NCBI GenBank assembly: GCA_003574885.1
Contig: PJFC01000007.1
Coordinates: 71,272 to 135,271, forward strand
DNA from: Geobacter sp.
GTDB lineage: Bacteria > Desulfobacterota > Desulfuromonadia > Geobacterales > Geobacteraceae
DNA: 64,000 nt
Direction: 5' to 3'
Shown in pieces: positions 29,895-40,112 of this stretch (position 1 is its first letter; each line of letters starts with the position of its first letter). The position numbers were made by a program, and so were the translations under genes. Below the pieces are notes generated by a model. The model did not search any database, was not told the origin of the DNA, and was given only the letters and a program-made list of their open reading frames with translations.

Positions 29895-31073
29895 ATGAAA
29901 TTCGCCATCTCCCCCCAGATCAGGAGCGTCCATTTCCCCCCTATCTCCGAAGTGAAGGGGTGGCTCGCCGAGCGGCCTGCCGACCTGGATCTTCCCCTCG
30001 TTGACCTCTGTCAGGCAATTCCCGATTACCCGCCGGCGCATGAACTCACGGAGCACCTGAAGGTGCTTATCGACGATCCTCTGGTGTCGAAATACTCCCC
30101 CGACGAGGGGCTTCCGGAAGTGCGGGAAGCGATCTGCGCCCGCTACCGGCGGGTCTACGGCGCCGGCCCCGCTCCCGGCGAGATATGCCTCACCGTCGGT
30201 GCCAGCCAGTCCTTCTGGCTCGCCATGGTGACCCTCTGCACGGGAGGGGACGAGGTGATCGTCCAGCTCCCCGCCTACTTCGATCACCCCATGGCCCTCC
30301 AATCCCTGGGGATCACCCCGGTCTTCGCCCCCTTCATCGAGGAGAGAGGAGGCATCCCTTCGGTGGAAGGGATCGCCGCCCTCATTACCCAGCGGACCCG
30401 GGCGATTCTCCTCGTCTCCCCCTCCAACCCGACCGGCGCAGTCATACCTCCCGAGACGATCGACAAGCTCTACCGTCTCGCCGCCCGGCGCGGCATCGCG
30501 CTGGTGCTCGACGAAACCTATAGCGACTTCATCGCCGGCGGCACCGCTCCCCACGACCTGTTCAATGACCCGCACTGGGGGGACCATTTCGTCCAGATCA
30601 TGTCCTTCGGCAAGACCTATGCCTTGACCGGCTATCGGGCCGGGCTCCTGGCAGCATCCGGGGAGTTCATCCACCACGCCCTCAAGGTCCAGGACACCAT
30701 GGTGGTCTGCCAGCCCCGCCTGACCCAGCTGGCGGTACAGTATGGCGTGGAGAACCTGGATGACTGGGTAGCCGCCAACAGGCTCATGATGAAGCGCCGG
30801 CACGACCTGTTCCGGTCCGAATTCTCCCTGCCGGGGAACCCGTTCCAGCTCGTCGCCAGCGGCGCTTTCTTCGGCTGGGTACGCCACCCCTTCCGGGACC
30901 TGACCGGTCGAGAGGTTGCACGGCGCCTTGTCCGCGAGGCGGGGATCCTCTGCCTCCCCGGCGAGGTATTTGGCCCTGCACTGGAGGGGTACCTGCGGCT
31001 CGCCTTCGGCAACATCAGGTCTGAGGAGATACCCGGAGCGGTGGAGCGGTTCCGGCAATTCCCCGTAGACTGA
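29895..31073 (+). CDS. class I/II PLP aminotransferase
   Basis: 392 aa with SFGKTYALTGYRAG (PLP-lysine motif SxxK...GxR) and the NPTG motif (SPSNPTGAV). Confidence 0.85.
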   Translation: MKFAISPQIRSVHFPPISEVKGWLAERPADLDLPLVDLCQAIPDYPPAHELTEHLKVLIDDPLVSKYSPDEGLPEVREAICARYRRVYGAGPAPGEICLTVGASQSFWLAMVTLCTGGDEVIVQLPAYFDHPMALQSLGITPVFAPFIEERGGIPSVEGIAALITQRTRAILLVSPSNPTGAVIPPETIDKLYRLAARRGIALVLDETYSDFIAGGTAPHDLFNDPHWGDHFVQIMSFGKTYALTGYRAGLLAASGEFIHHALKVQDTMVVCQPRLTQLAVQYGVENLDDWVAANRLMMKRRHDLFRSEFSLPGNPFQLVASGAFFGWVRHPFRDLTGREVARRLVREAGILCLPGEVFGPALEGYLRLAFGNIRSEEIPGAVERFRQFPVD

Positions 31074-31136
31074 CATTCAGCTGCAAAAGATGATCAGGAC
31101 CTGTACATCGATGGTTTACACTTTGCGGATCTAATT

Positions 31137-31170
31137 CAAAAAGGCCACAGTTTCCTGGTGGCCTTTTTTT
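31137..31170. terminator. bidirectional intrinsic terminator between convergent genes
   Basis: aaggccac / gtggcctt stem flanked by an A-run and a T-run. Confidence 0.7.
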
Positions 31171-31206
31171 CGAGCATGGAGCTTTGAGGTTATTTGTTAA
31201 GCGGCG

Positions 31207-31545
31207 TCACGCCTTCTTGACGAACTCCGATTTCAGCTGCATGGCGCCGATGCCGTCGATCTTGCAGTCGATATCGTGATCTCCCGAGACAATGCGGATG
31301 TTTCTGACCCTGGTGCCGACCTTGACCACCGCTGACGATCCCTTGATTTTGAGGTCCTTGATGACGGTCACCGAGTCACCATCGTTGAGCACGTTGCCGA
31401 AGGCATCACGCACGACACTGTAAGCCTCCGCGCTCTCCGCGGCTGCCTTGGCCCACTCATGGGCGCATTCCGGGCAGACATACATCTCCCCGTCCTCATA
31501 GGTGTACTTCGAACTGCACGAAGGGCATTTGGGCAGGGTAGTCAT
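31207..31545 (-). CDS. phnA: PhnA/YjdM zinc-ribbon protein
   Basis: 112 aa: [25 protein letters not shown] plus the C-terminal domain ([13 protein letters not shown]...[19 protein letters not shown]). Confidence 0.9.
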   Translation of the reverse strand: MTTLPKCPSCSSKYTYEDGEMYVCPECAHEWAKAAAESAEAYSVVRDAFGNVLNDGDSVTVIKDLKIKGSSAVVKVGTRVRNIRIVSGDHDIDCKIDGIGAMQLKSEFVKKA

Positions 31546-31625
31546 GGGTATCCTTTGTGTGACAAATAATTATTTTCATTCAGCCAGCGATCAACACGCA
31601 GCAATCGGTATTCCGTCGTTTTCCC

Positions 31626-32792
31626 TCATTCCCCCGCCAGCCACTCCTGAATGCGGGCAGCCTCGCCCCCCCATCCCATCGAAAGCCTCTCGGCAAGGAA
31701 GATGGCGTAGAGGCTGTCGAACAGCTGCAACCCCTCCTCCAGGATATGCATCCGCTCGAAGAAAACCGCTTCCCGCTCGCTCGCCTGATCTACCGTGTTG
31801 TCCTTCTCGATTTGCACCGCCGGCCCCTTCAGGGAGGCGAACTGGAACATCTCCCCTTTTAGGGTGAGGCACCAGACGTTCTCCTCCCGCTCCAGGTAGA
31901 GGGTCGCCTCGGTGATCACCTTCCCGTTTCTGAGGGCGGTGCGGACCTCGCTGAAATGATCCTGGGGACCCGCAACGGTAATTTTCTGCACCCCGTTCTC
32001 GCCGGCATTCTGGAGCACCAGCCGGTCGTTCAGGTAAGCGACGAAAGGATCGTTTTTCCCCGCCGGGCCGGGACGGCAGACCCGGTACTCGGAGGACTCT
32101 TCCATGGTCCGGTACAGGAGCCAGAGGAGAAAGTCGCTTCCTATCCAGCGGTTACTCCGGATGAGGTCGAGGGCCGCGTCGGAAGTGGCCTGGTTGGCCT
32201 GCTCAAGGGCCGGCCGGAGCTCATCGGCAACAACCCCGGTCCCACGGGAATAAGGATGGACTGCAATCAGCCGCAACCCTTCGAAAGTCTTCTTGAACTG
32301 GGCTTCGAACAGGTCGATGACCGCCTGCGACAGAGCGGTAAAGGTCACCAGCCCGGTCCGGGTGTCCCAGACCGCGTCCCACGCTGTCGGCACGGGAAGA
32401 GTCCTGGAGAGAAGCGCCGCACGCACCGCTTCCCTGAGCTCTTCCCGCTTCTGTTTCGGCACCCGGGAGAGGCCGGGATTGGCGGCCAAATGCTCGTGTT
32501 CGGCTACCTGCAGGTAAGCCTTGAGCAGGACCGCCGGGAGCTTGCGCTGGTCACGGCGCAGCGTGAAGGCCAGGTAGTGGTCCCGCCAGAAGGCGGAGGG
32601 AGCGGCAAAATCGCTCTCACGATGGTCGTCCAGGTGGACCCAGCCGACGGAAAGCTCCGCGGAACTCCCCTCGATGGACTGAAAACCCTGGCGGGCAAGC
32701 CGTTCGGACGCCCAGGTGAACAGATCGCCAGGGGGGATATCCCCCGCGACCCGGAACTGGCAGATACTGACGGTGTTGGACAGAATACCCAT
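31626..32792 (-). CDS. RdgC-like recombination-associated protein (tentative)
   Basis: 388 aa from the internal ATG 32792 (AAGGAG RBS). SVGWV..., RKLPAVLLKAYL and REELREAVRAALL follow the RdgC pattern as I remember it. The C-terminal half was not recognised. Confidence 0.5.
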   Translation of the reverse strand: MGILSNTVSICQFRVAGDIPPGDLFTWASERLARQGFQSIEGSSAELSVGWVHLDDHRESDFAAPSAFWRDHYLAFTLRRDQRKLPAVLLKAYLQVAEHEHLAANPGLSRVPKQKREELREAVRAALLSRTLPVPTAWDAVWDTRTGLVTFTALSQAVIDLFEAQFKKTFEGLRLIAVHPYSRGTGVVADELRPALEQANQATSDAALDLIRSNRWIGSDFLLWLLYRTMEESSEYRVCRPGPAGKNDPFVAYLNDRLVLQNAGENGVQKITVAGPQDHFSEVRTALRNGKVITEATLYLEREENVWCLTLKGEMFQFASLKGPAVQIEKDNTVDQASEREAVFFERMHILEEGLQLFDSLYAIFLAERLSMGWGGEAARIQEWLAGE

Positions 32793-32992
32793 GGTGCAAC
32801 TCCTTCTCTGAAAATTTGGACCATCACGGTTACACCTTTTCCGGCGCCGGCGCAAGAAAATTTTCCTTGGGTGTCGAGTACACACCGACACCGGCGGGAA
32901 AGCAAAAACCCTCTTGCAAATCGTCAAGCTGTGGATAAAATTAATCGCCTGTAATCTTTTTTTGATGCGGCAGGATTTGCCGGGAGAGGACG

Positions 32993-33256
32993 ATGATTGC
33001 AAAGGGAGATCTGGTGCGACACCCCGTACTGCCGGCATGGGGTATCGGCAAGGTGCTGAAGACATTCCAGGGAGGGAACCTGCTGGTCCGGTTCGAGGGA
33101 GCGGGGGAGAAGCTTCTCCATCCGGGCTTCGCAGGGCTTGAGAAGATCGCGGACGACAGCATTGTCTACCTGGTAGTCAGGGGGATAAAGGTCAAGCGCG
33201 GCAGAACCGTCCCGACCGTCAGCTACATTCCGCTGGTGAAGCGTGACCTGCACTGA
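32993..33256 (+). CDS. small DUF3553-like protein
   Basis: 87 aa. MIAKGDLVRHPVLPAWGIGKVL...VRFEGAGEK resembles the DUF3553 core; recalled from memory only. Confidence 0.45.
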   Translation: MIAKGDLVRHPVLPAWGIGKVLKTFQGGNLLVRFEGAGEKLLHPGFAGLEKIADDSIVYLVVRGIKVKRGRTVPTVSYIPLVKRDLH

Positions 33257-33307
33257 CAGGAAATCTCGACACCCACGGGAGTGCACCTGCACAAACAAGG
33301 AGGGGCC

Positions 33308-33796
33308 ATGAACCTGGAAATCCATCCGGTTAAAATCGATATCCCCGAGGGATGCAACATCATCCTCGGCCAGACCCATTTCATCAAGACCGCCGAAGAC
33401 CTGTACGAGGTGATCGCCACAACCGTCCCCACCGCACGCTTCGGTATCGCCTTCACCGAGGCGTCTGGGCCATGCCTCATCCGGACCGAAGGTAACGACG
33501 ACGAACTTGTCAAAGGGTGCATCACCGCACTTCAGGCAATCGGTGCGGGACACGTCTTTTGCATCCTGCTCCGGGACGCCTACCCCATCAATATCCTCAA
33601 CCAGGTGAAGAACTGCCCCGAGGTCTGCAGTATCTTCTGCGCGACCGCCAACCCGCTTCAGGTCATTGTCGCTTCGACCAGCCAGGGATGGGGCATCATG
33701 GGCGTTATCGACGGATTTCCCCCCAAGGGGGTCGAAACGGATGCGGACCGGCAGGAGAGGCGGGAACTGCTGCGCAGGATCGGCTACAAACGGTGA
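33308..33796 (+). CDS. adenosine-specific kinase family protein (PF04008-like)
   Basis: 162 aa from the internal ATG 33308. ILGQTHFIKTAEDLYE, GAGHVFCILL, AYPINILNQVK, CATANP and LLRRIGYK motifs. Confidence 0.7.
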   Translation: MNLEIHPVKIDIPEGCNIILGQTHFIKTAEDLYEVIATTVPTARFGIAFTEASGPCLIRTEGNDDELVKGCITALQAIGAGHVFCILLRDAYPINILNQVKNCPEVCSIFCATANPLQVIVASTSQGWGIMGVIDGFPPKGVETDADRQERRELLRRIGYKR

Positions 33797-33838
33797 GAGA
33801 TGGCGATAACAAAATTGGACAATCGTGATTATTGAGTC

Positions 33839-33866
33839 GAAAAAGCCCGCTTCGTGCGGGCTTTTT
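33839..33866. terminator. bidirectional intrinsic terminator
   Basis: aaaagcccgc / gcgggctttt perfect 10-bp stem with a 5-nt loop. Confidence 0.75.
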
Positions 33867-33892
33867 CATGGGTTTCTGGGGAGGGGGATGAC

Positions 33893-34453
33893 CTATCCCT
33901 TCCACTTTTCGTAATGGACGATCTCGTCCAGCGATTTTCGCGGCGGTGCGCCCTTCGGCTCCTCCTGGGGGTAACCCAGGGGGAACAGGCCAACGATGCG
34001 AACCTCAGGCGGAATATCCAGCAGGTAGCCAAGATTCTCCTCGTCGAACACCCCTACGAAGACGGTTCCCAGCCCCACCGCGTGGGCGGCCAGCATGAGG
34101 TTCTCCGTGGCAATACCCACGTCGGTCAGATAGTACTGCTGTCCCCGAAGATCACCAGAATCGGTCGGGACGCCGCACGCGACGATGACAACCGGCGCTT
34201 CGGCAAGCGCCTTCCGGGAGGGGTTGGACTTGTATCCCTTCGGAGCGAAGTACGCCTCCACATAGGAGAGCTCGCTGATCTTCGCCTTCATATCCGGGTC
34301 TTCCACCACGACAAAGCGCCAACACTGCATGTTAGCCCAGGAGGGGGCCATCTGTACCGCCTCCAGCACCGCCTGGAGCTTTTCCGGCTCGACCGGCCGG
34401 TCCGAAAACTTGCGTACGCTTCTTCTCGTCCTGATTGCTTCAAGGGTATCCAT
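33893..34453 (-). CDS. nitroreductase-family flavoprotein
   Basis: 186 aa with the [16 protein letters not shown] start and [14 protein letters not shown]. Confidence 0.9.
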   Translation of the reverse strand: MDTLEAIRTRRSVRKFSDRPVEPEKLQAVLEAVQMAPSWANMQCWRFVVVEDPDMKAKISELSYVEAYFAPKGYKSNPSRKALAEAPVVIVACGVPTDSGDLRGQQYYLTDVGIATENLMLAAHAVGLGTVFVGVFDEENLGYLLDIPPEVRIVGLFPLGYPQEEPKGAPPRKSLDEIVHYEKWKG

Positions 34454-34479
34454 GATGTTGTCTCCTCCTCGTGTTTATC

Positions 34480-34556
34480 TAATGTCCATCCAGAAACTTC
34501 TGATGTGGTTCCCAATTCGTAAACTATCTATTAACCTACCACAATAATGTCCATCC
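34480..34556. promoter_or_regulatory. two exact 12-nt direct repeats TAATGTCCATCC, 65 bp apart, in an AT-rich divergent intergenic region
   Basis: Copies at 34480-34491 and 34545-34556. The line 34561-34620 is 30% GC by hand count. Confidence 0.4.
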
Positions 34557-34704
34557 TGCTTTCTGCTCAGAAAAAAGTTGTCTAAATTCACCTAAAAAAC
34601 TACATGATGCACAAATAATGATTAATAAATTCATTAAGTCTGTGCTATATAATCTGCCAGGTCACTACATGAACCGTGAGTACTGTTATGGTTGAGGAGG
34701 AAAC

Positions 34705-35427
34705 ATGACGAGAAGAACTGTAGGGATGCTGCTTGCGGTACTGGTTGTTGCGATGACCGGCTGTGCGCCGGCCTTGCAGAGCAACCGGGCAGATTTGGAC
34801 GCCCGCGTCCGTAAGATCAGGAACGTTGTAATGCTGCCACCCGACACGAAGATCTGCGAATTGAGCGCAGGCGGTGTCAGGGAGCAGCGGGACGACTGGT
34901 GTACCACCGGACGCAGGAACGTGGAAAAGGCCATCATTGAAAACCTGGCCCGACGAAACATCAGTGTTAAGGTTCTCCAGGTGCCTGCTGACCTGCAGAG
35001 CGAGGTTGAGGATATCAAAGACCTCTATGAAGCAGTCAAGGATAGCATGTACACCCATGCCTATTACTGGCAGGGGCAGAATCCTAATTTTTTCCCGGAC
35101 CGGCTGAAAAATTTCGACTATACGGTCGGCTCCCTGGAAAAGCTTCTGAGAAAGCAGAAAGCTGACGGCCTGCTACTGGTCCACGCGGAAGACGAAATAT
35201 CCTCATCGGGAAGGAAGGCGTTGCGGGTGGTGCAGGCGATAAACCCCTTCAGCACGGCACAGAGATCGGGCATGACAGAAATTGAAATTGCCCTGACCGA
35301 CCGAAAAGGGGACATCCTCTGGGAGAATTTCTTTAACAACAGCGGCAGCTATGACCTGCGCGATCAGGACAGCACGAGGGGATTCGTAAAAGAGCTCTTG
35401 GGCGAATTCCCACAGGAGGGCAAATGA
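34705..35427 (+). CDS. lipoprotein, unknown function
   Basis: 240 aa with lipobox VAMTGC and a GAGGAGG RBS. 4-nt overlap with the next gene. Confidence 0.7.
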   Translation: MTRRTVGMLLAVLVVAMTGCAPALQSNRADLDARVRKIRNVVMLPPDTKICELSAGGVREQRDDWCTTGRRNVEKAIIENLARRNISVKVLQVPADLQSEVEDIKDLYEAVKDSMYTHAYYWQGQNPNFFPDRLKNFDYTVGSLEKLLRKQKADGLLLVHAEDEISSSGRKALRVVQAINPFSTAQRSGMTEIEIALTDRKGDILWENFFNNSGSYDLRDQDSTRGFVKELLGEFPQEGK

Positions 35428-36584
35428 TGCGGCTCATCATCGTAATAGTTCTGATGACGGCGCTTTTCGGATGCGCCACCACAAGCCTGCCCCCGGTGAC
35501 CTCCAAGGACTTTGTCTTTGAGGACGACGAAAAGCGCCTCTGGAACCGTTCTGAAGAGGAGGAGCAGACAATTGCCAAAAGCGGGATACTTTATCAGGAC
35601 CGGGAACTGGAGACTTATCTTAACGGGGTAGCAAGAAAACTCGAGCCCCCCGAGGCCTACCAACGGATACCGTTTCAGATCCATGTCCTGAAAAATCCCT
35701 ACTGCAACGCCTTTGCCTATCCAAACGGCCATATTTACGTCCACACCGGCATTTTGGCCCGGATAGACAATGAGGCCCAGCTCGCCACCCTTCTTGCCCA
35801 CGAAATGACCCACGCAACCCATCGCCACCAGGTGCGTGAATTCAGGGGAATGCTCAACAAGTCTGCAATGTTTGCCTCAACCCGATCCGTTCTCGGCGGT
35901 TTGCCCGGCATCGGCGACCTTACCACCGTCCTCGGCGAGATCGGAACCAAGGCATCCCTCTCAGGCCATTCGCGAGATCTAGAGACCGAGGCAGACATGG
36001 TCGGAATCAATCTGGTGGTAAAGGCAGGCTATGACCCACGGGAAGCCCCCAAGCTCTTCCAGCACCTTAAAGATGAAATGGAAGAGGAAGAGCAGAAGGA
36101 GCCGTTTTTCTTCGGCAGCCACCCGCGCCTTAAGGAGCGCAGCGAAAATTACAGCGACTATCTGAAGGACTTGGGGAGCAAGGCTGGCGGTGTGACTAAT
36201 GCCGAGACCTTTCGTAAGAAGGTGGCCAGGGTGATCATCGACAATTCCCTCATGGATTTCCGCGCTGGTCGTTTCGCCCAGACCCAGCGGAGCGCGGAAA
36301 AATACCTTACGATCCGGCCGAAAGACGGCCGCGGCTACTACCTCCTTGGCGAAATCGCCCGGCAGAAGGGGGAGGAGCGGGACCTGACCGAGGCGAAAAA
36401 ACTGTTCCAGAGGTCGGTGTCCGTCGACCCTTCCTACCCCGATGCCTACAAGGGACTGGGGCTCCTCTACTTCAAGGAAGGGAAAAAGTCCCAAGCGGAG
36501 AAGGCCTTTAAGTCATACCTTGCGAAAGCACCCAGCGCCCCGGACAGGTCATATATCCAGGATTACCTGGCTCAATGTAATTAA
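35424..36584 (+). CDS. M48-family zinc metalloprotease lipoprotein with C-terminal TPR repeats
   Basis: 386 aa with lipobox ALFGC, HEMTH (HExxH), and a TPR-like C-terminus (YYLLGEIARQKG, AYKGLGLLYFKEG). Confidence 0.85.
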   Translation: MMRLIIVIVLMTALFGCATTSLPPVTSKDFVFEDDEKRLWNRSEEEEQTIAKSGILYQDRELETYLNGVARKLEPPEAYQRIPFQIHVLKNPYCNAFAYPNGHIYVHTGILARIDNEAQLATLLAHEMTHATHRHQVREFRGMLNKSAMFASTRSVLGGLPGIGDLTTVLGEIGTKASLSGHSRDLETEADMVGINLVVKAGYDPREAPKLFQHLKDEMEEEEQKEPFFFGSHPRLKERSENYSDYLKDLGSKAGGVTNAETFRKKVARVIIDNSLMDFRAGRFAQTQRSAEKYLTIRPKDGRGYYLLGEIARQKGEERDLTEAKKLFQRSVSVDPSYPDAYKGLGLLYFKEGKKSQAEKAFKSYLAKAPSAPDRSYIQDYLAQCN

Positions 36585-36614
36585 CGTTCACGATTTCATG
36601 GATGGAGGAAACAT

Positions 36615-37163
36615 ATGGTAAAAATAGTTCTGCTGGTTGCCGTCATGTTCCTGCTCAACGGCTGTGCACCATGGGTGCGAATGGGGGGGCCGTATAATGC
36701 AACGGGGGAAAATGTTTCCCTGGACCTCCCTGACGGCTGGATGCGCTATAACACGGATGATTATCTCCTCGTCACCAGGGACGGCGTGCTCCTCCAAAGT
36801 ATCCTGGTGGAGAGCATCAACGTGAATGATTCACTTAAGCACACTAAAAAGAAGTTCCGTAAGGGCATGTTGCCGCTGGAAGCGTCCGAGGTGATAATGG
36901 ACAATATCGCCTCGAACAGCACGGTGCACGACTGCGAGGTCAAGGAAAGCAAATCGGTGAAGGTCGCCGGGTACCCGGGATTCAGGGTGGCCTTTGGCTA
37001 TAAGACCGACGAGGGAATGAAGGTCAAGGGGATTGCCTACGGCTTGATGCAGGGGGAGTGGTTTTACTTGATAAAATATACCGCGCCCCAGCGCCATTAC
37101 TTCGACCGTGACCTCAAGACCTTCGAGAAAGTCGTGGCAAGCGCCCGCCTGATCAAATCATAA
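36615..37163 (+). CDS. lipoprotein, unknown function
   Basis: 182 aa with lipobox LLNGC and a GGAGG RBS. Confidence 0.7.
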   Translation: MVKIVLLVAVMFLLNGCAPWVRMGGPYNATGENVSLDLPDGWMRYNTDDYLLVTRDGVLLQSILVESINVNDSLKHTKKKFRKGMLPLEASEVIMDNIASNSTVHDCEVKESKSVKVAGYPGFRVAFGYKTDEGMKVKGIAYGLMQGEWFYLIKYTAPQRHYFDRDLKTFEKVVASARLIKS

Positions 37164-37214
37164 ATGATTGGAACCCGGACCTCCGGAGTTCAATAGCATA
37201 CGGTAGTAGAAACA

Positions 37215-37247
37215 AAAAGGGCCTGCAACAGCAGACCCTTTTTCTTT
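37215..37247. terminator. bidirectional terminator between convergent lipoprotein genes
   Basis: aaaagggcctgc / gcagaccctttt stem with one mismatch and a flanking T-run. Confidence 0.6.
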
Positions 37248-37278
37248 ATGTCACACGCACAGAAATTCTTCTTTTCCC

Positions 37279-37599
37279 CTACCTCCGGTGCATTCCCCGT
37301 GGATAGTAGTTTCTCGGCAGGTTATACCAGGGACCGCGCCGTTCTCTCCCGTAGTACCATCCACCGTTCCAGTAATGGTAATACAACCCTCCGTAGGAGT
37401 AGATGTACCTGTCCGGGTAGAGGTAAACCTCGGGTAGGGGTCTGAGCTGGTTGACATATGGTGGCGGCTCCACTGCCACCACGGAAGGTGCCACCGTAAC
37501 CGCAAAGGGAAGCGGCTCCAGGTAGGTCCCTTGGGGAGTGACGACCGCTGCGCACCCCGTTGCGAGGAGAACTGATCCGATGAGCACAAGACGTTTCAT
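37279..37599 (-). CDS. small Tyr/Gly/Trp-rich lipoprotein
   Basis: 106 aa with lipobox LATGC and a YIYSYGGLYYHYWNGGWYYGR tail. Confidence 0.6.
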   Translation of the reverse strand: MKRLVLIGSVLLATGCAAVVTPQGTYLEPLPFAVTVAPSVVAVEPPPYVNQLRPLPEVYLYPDRYIYSYGGLYYHYWNGGWYYGRERRGPWYNLPRNYYPRGMHRR

Positions 37600-37628
37600 A
37601 TCGTGCCTCCTTAATGCCTGCTGCCCTA

Positions 37629-38285
37629 TCAGAAATAGGTTACCTGCAGTAAAGGAGCATACAGTCCTCTATCTACCGTGGGATCTGTCGGGTCATCGAT
37701 TTCGATAATCCCGGCCCCGCACAGCATTCTGACCTGGAAATCTGGGAAGCCCTGGCGCTGTGCTTCTGCCATCAGAGGGGTCACGTCAATGGTCACCTTT
37801 TGAGCTACGTTGGCTTGATTAATAAAAATATTCAACGTAGTGAACGTCCACGCTCCCAGAATAGCGCGGTCAAAATCCGTATATTGCAACGTTGGTGGCT
37901 GGAAGGAAACAAGGTCAATGGTAATGGGAATCGAGCCGGCAACATTACTGGTAACGAACATATCAAGAAACGCCGAGTCGATTCCCGCATTGAGAGGGAC
38001 TCCCGCCGTACCACCCAGATAGAAATCAAGGAACGCGCGGTATTCGCCACCAGTATCGATGCCGGCAAGCACACTTTGCACAGGTGGGTTCAGGGTCATT
38101 CCCTGGGTTATCGTATAAGTAGGCGGCACAAAAAGGTTATTCTGATAGATATCGCCATCATACACCGGGTCACTGAGGATCTGGGTTGTCTGCAATGGCG
38201 GCGGTGGCGGATTATCGTGACCGCCGCATCCCGCCAGGGGGAGAATCATGGCCATCATAAGAGCAACAAGGATAGTCTTTTTCAT
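37629..38285 (-). CDS. lipoprotein, unknown function (beta-sandwich-like)
   Basis: Lipobox PLAGC. I prefer the ATG at 38285 (AGGAG RBS) over the track start at 38306. The gene is low-GC: 42% in the line 37801-37860. Confidence 0.7.
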   Translation of the reverse strand: MKKTILVALMMAMILPLAGCGGHDNPPPPPLQTTQILSDPVYDGDIYQNNLFVPPTYTITQGMTLNPPVQSVLAGIDTGGEYRAFLDFYLGGTAGVPLNAGIDSAFLDMFVTSNVAGSIPITIDLVSFQPPTLQYTDFDRAILGAWTFTTLNIFINQANVAQKVTIDVTPLMAEAQRQGFPDFQVRMLCGAGIIEIDDPTDPTVDRGLYAPLLQVTYF

Positions 38286-38396
38286 AGCTGTCTCCTGTTC
38301 TTTCATCTGAGGAATCAGGTCATTTTTGCCCGTGTCTCTGCGGGAATATTACCAGAAAATACACAAAAGGAAAGGGCTTAATACTCTTCAGACCGC

Positions 38397-40112
38397 CTAA
38401 GAGTCGGATAATTGCTGTTCCGGCGCCAGCGTGAAATAAAAGGTCGCGCCTTTACCCACTTCACCTTCAGCCCAGACTCTCCCTCCGTGACGCTGAACGA
38501 TCCGTTTGACCGTCGTCAAGCCTATCCCGTGACCTCCATACTCCTCAGCACTGTGCAACCGCTGAAACGCATCGAACAGTCTGGCGGACTGGCTCATGTC
38601 GAACCCCGCGCCGTTGTCACGGACAAAATAGATTCGCGCCCTTCCGGTCTCCGTCACGCCGAACTCGATGATAGCCGATTTCTTTTTGGCGGTGTATTTC
38701 CAGGCATTACCGAGGAGATTCGCCATGACCACGTGGAGAAGATTTGCATCGCCACAGGCCGTAACTCCATCAGCGATGGCGAATGTCGCCCTGCGGTTGG
38801 GCTGGTTGAGGTGAAGTTCGGCAGCGATCACCCTCGCCATTTCGGAAAGATCGATCGATTCCACATTCAGTTCACTGCGGGAAATGTGGGAAAAATTCAG
38901 CAGGCAGGTTATGAGCTTGTCCATCCGGTCAGTGGCATCGATAATCCCATGCATCAAATTCCTGCACTGTTCACCCAGTTTTGCCCCGCAGGCATCCATC
39001 ATCACCTGGCAGCTGAGGCTGATGTTGGTCAGGGGGGTACGCAGATCGTGGGACACGGTATGACTGAAGGCCTCCAGCTCTCTGTTGGCCACTTCCAGCT
39101 CTGCGGCCTGGCGCGCGAGTACAGTGTTCAAGGCGTTGATCTTTTCTTCTGCCTCCTTGCGTGCGCTGATGTCGCGGTCGATCCCCCGGAATCCCGAAAA
39201 GCGTCCCTCTGTGTCATACACAGGGACACCGCTCGTCTCCAGCACAACGAGGGATCCGTCTCTGCGCACATTCACGTTTTCGAGAGCCGCTATCGGCCGC
39301 GGATCTTTTACAAATTCGTCGAAAGCCGGCTGCAGACGTCCAGCTTCATCAGGAGGCATGAGATCGAAAGGGGTCTTTCCCAGCACGTCTGCTGGCGCAT
39401 AACCGAGCAGATCGGTAATCTTCGGGCTGACGTAAACGTAGCGCATAGTGTCATCCACTTCCCAGATCCAGTCGCTCGTGTTTTCAGTGAGTTCGCGGAA
39501 TCGTCTTTCGCTCTGGGACAGGGCCTGCTCAGCCTGCTTGTGCGCCGTAACATCATGACATGAGCCGATATAGCCGGCAAATCTATCGTTCAGATCGCGA
39601 AACGGCCTGCCTGAATCGGTTATCCAGCGATATTCCCCGTCAAAGCGTCGCAGGCGGTATTCCATGACAAAAGGGTCCCGCGAGGCGAACGCGTCCCGAT
39701 AGGTTTTCAGGCAGCGGTCAAGGTCTTCCGGATGAACCCCCTCCACCCAGCCTCTACCCAGTTCCTGTTCGAGGGTACGGCCGGTAAAGGCGAGCCAGGT
39801 CTTGTTGAAATAGTCACATTCCCCGTCGGTCCCCGCACGCCAGATGGGGGAAGGGAAGTCTTCGAATACTTTCAGGTAGAAATCCCGCGACCGGCTGACC
39901 TCTTTCATGGCACGGTTGATAAGCAAGAAGAGCATCACCGAGGTCAGGAGGATGAACAGCCAGCCCTTCACAATTGACAGGCGGGTTAAGGCGGCTTTGT
40001 CCTGCACCAGCTGCGCAACTATAGTATCGGAAAAGAAAATCCATGCCCCTCCGACCAGTAAAAAGATGGCAGAAATGCTCACCGAGGCAGGTATCGTCCT
40101 TTTCCTGAACAT
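38397..40112 (-). CDS. membrane-anchored PAS-PAS sensor histidine kinase (orphan, no adjacent receiver)
   Basis: 571 aa with two TM segments, PAS-like repeats, H-box FSHTVSHDLRTPL, and HATPase_c boxes (DNGAGF, GHGIGL). Confidence 0.9.
   Translation of the reverse strand: MFRKRTIPASVSISAIFLLVGGAWIFFSDTIVAQLVQDKAALTRLSIVKGWLFILLTSVMLFLLINRAMKEVSRSRDFYLKVFEDFPSPIWRAGTDGECDYFNKTWLAFTGRTLEQELGRGWVEGVHPEDLDRCLKTYRDAFASRDPFVMEYRLRRFDGEYRWITDSGRPFRDLNDRFAGYIGSCHDVTAHKQAEQALSQSERRFRELTENTSDWIWEVDDTMRYVYVSPKITDLLGYAPADVLGKTPFDLMPPDEAGRLQPAFDEFVKDPRPIAALENVNVRRDGSLVVLETSGVPVYDTEGRFSGFRGIDRDISARKEAEEKINALNTVLARQAAELEVANRELEAFSHTVSHDLRTPLTNISLSCQVMMDACGAKLGEQCRNLMHGIIDATDRMDKLITCLLNFSHISRSELNVESIDLSEMARVIAAELHLNQPNRRATFAIADGVTACGDANLLHVVMANLLGNAWKYTAKKKSAIIEFGVTETGRARIYFVRDNGAGFDMSQSARLFDAFQRLHSAEEYGGHGIGLTTVKRIVQRHGGRVWAEGEVGKGATFYFTLAPEQQLSDS

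Noticed and set aside
28665-31076. 349-aa and 406-aa minus-strand ORFs opposite hemB and the class I/II aminotransferase
   Set aside because: They are mirror frames of well-supported genes, with no motifs, no RBS and a low-complexity G/A/V/D/E/R composition.
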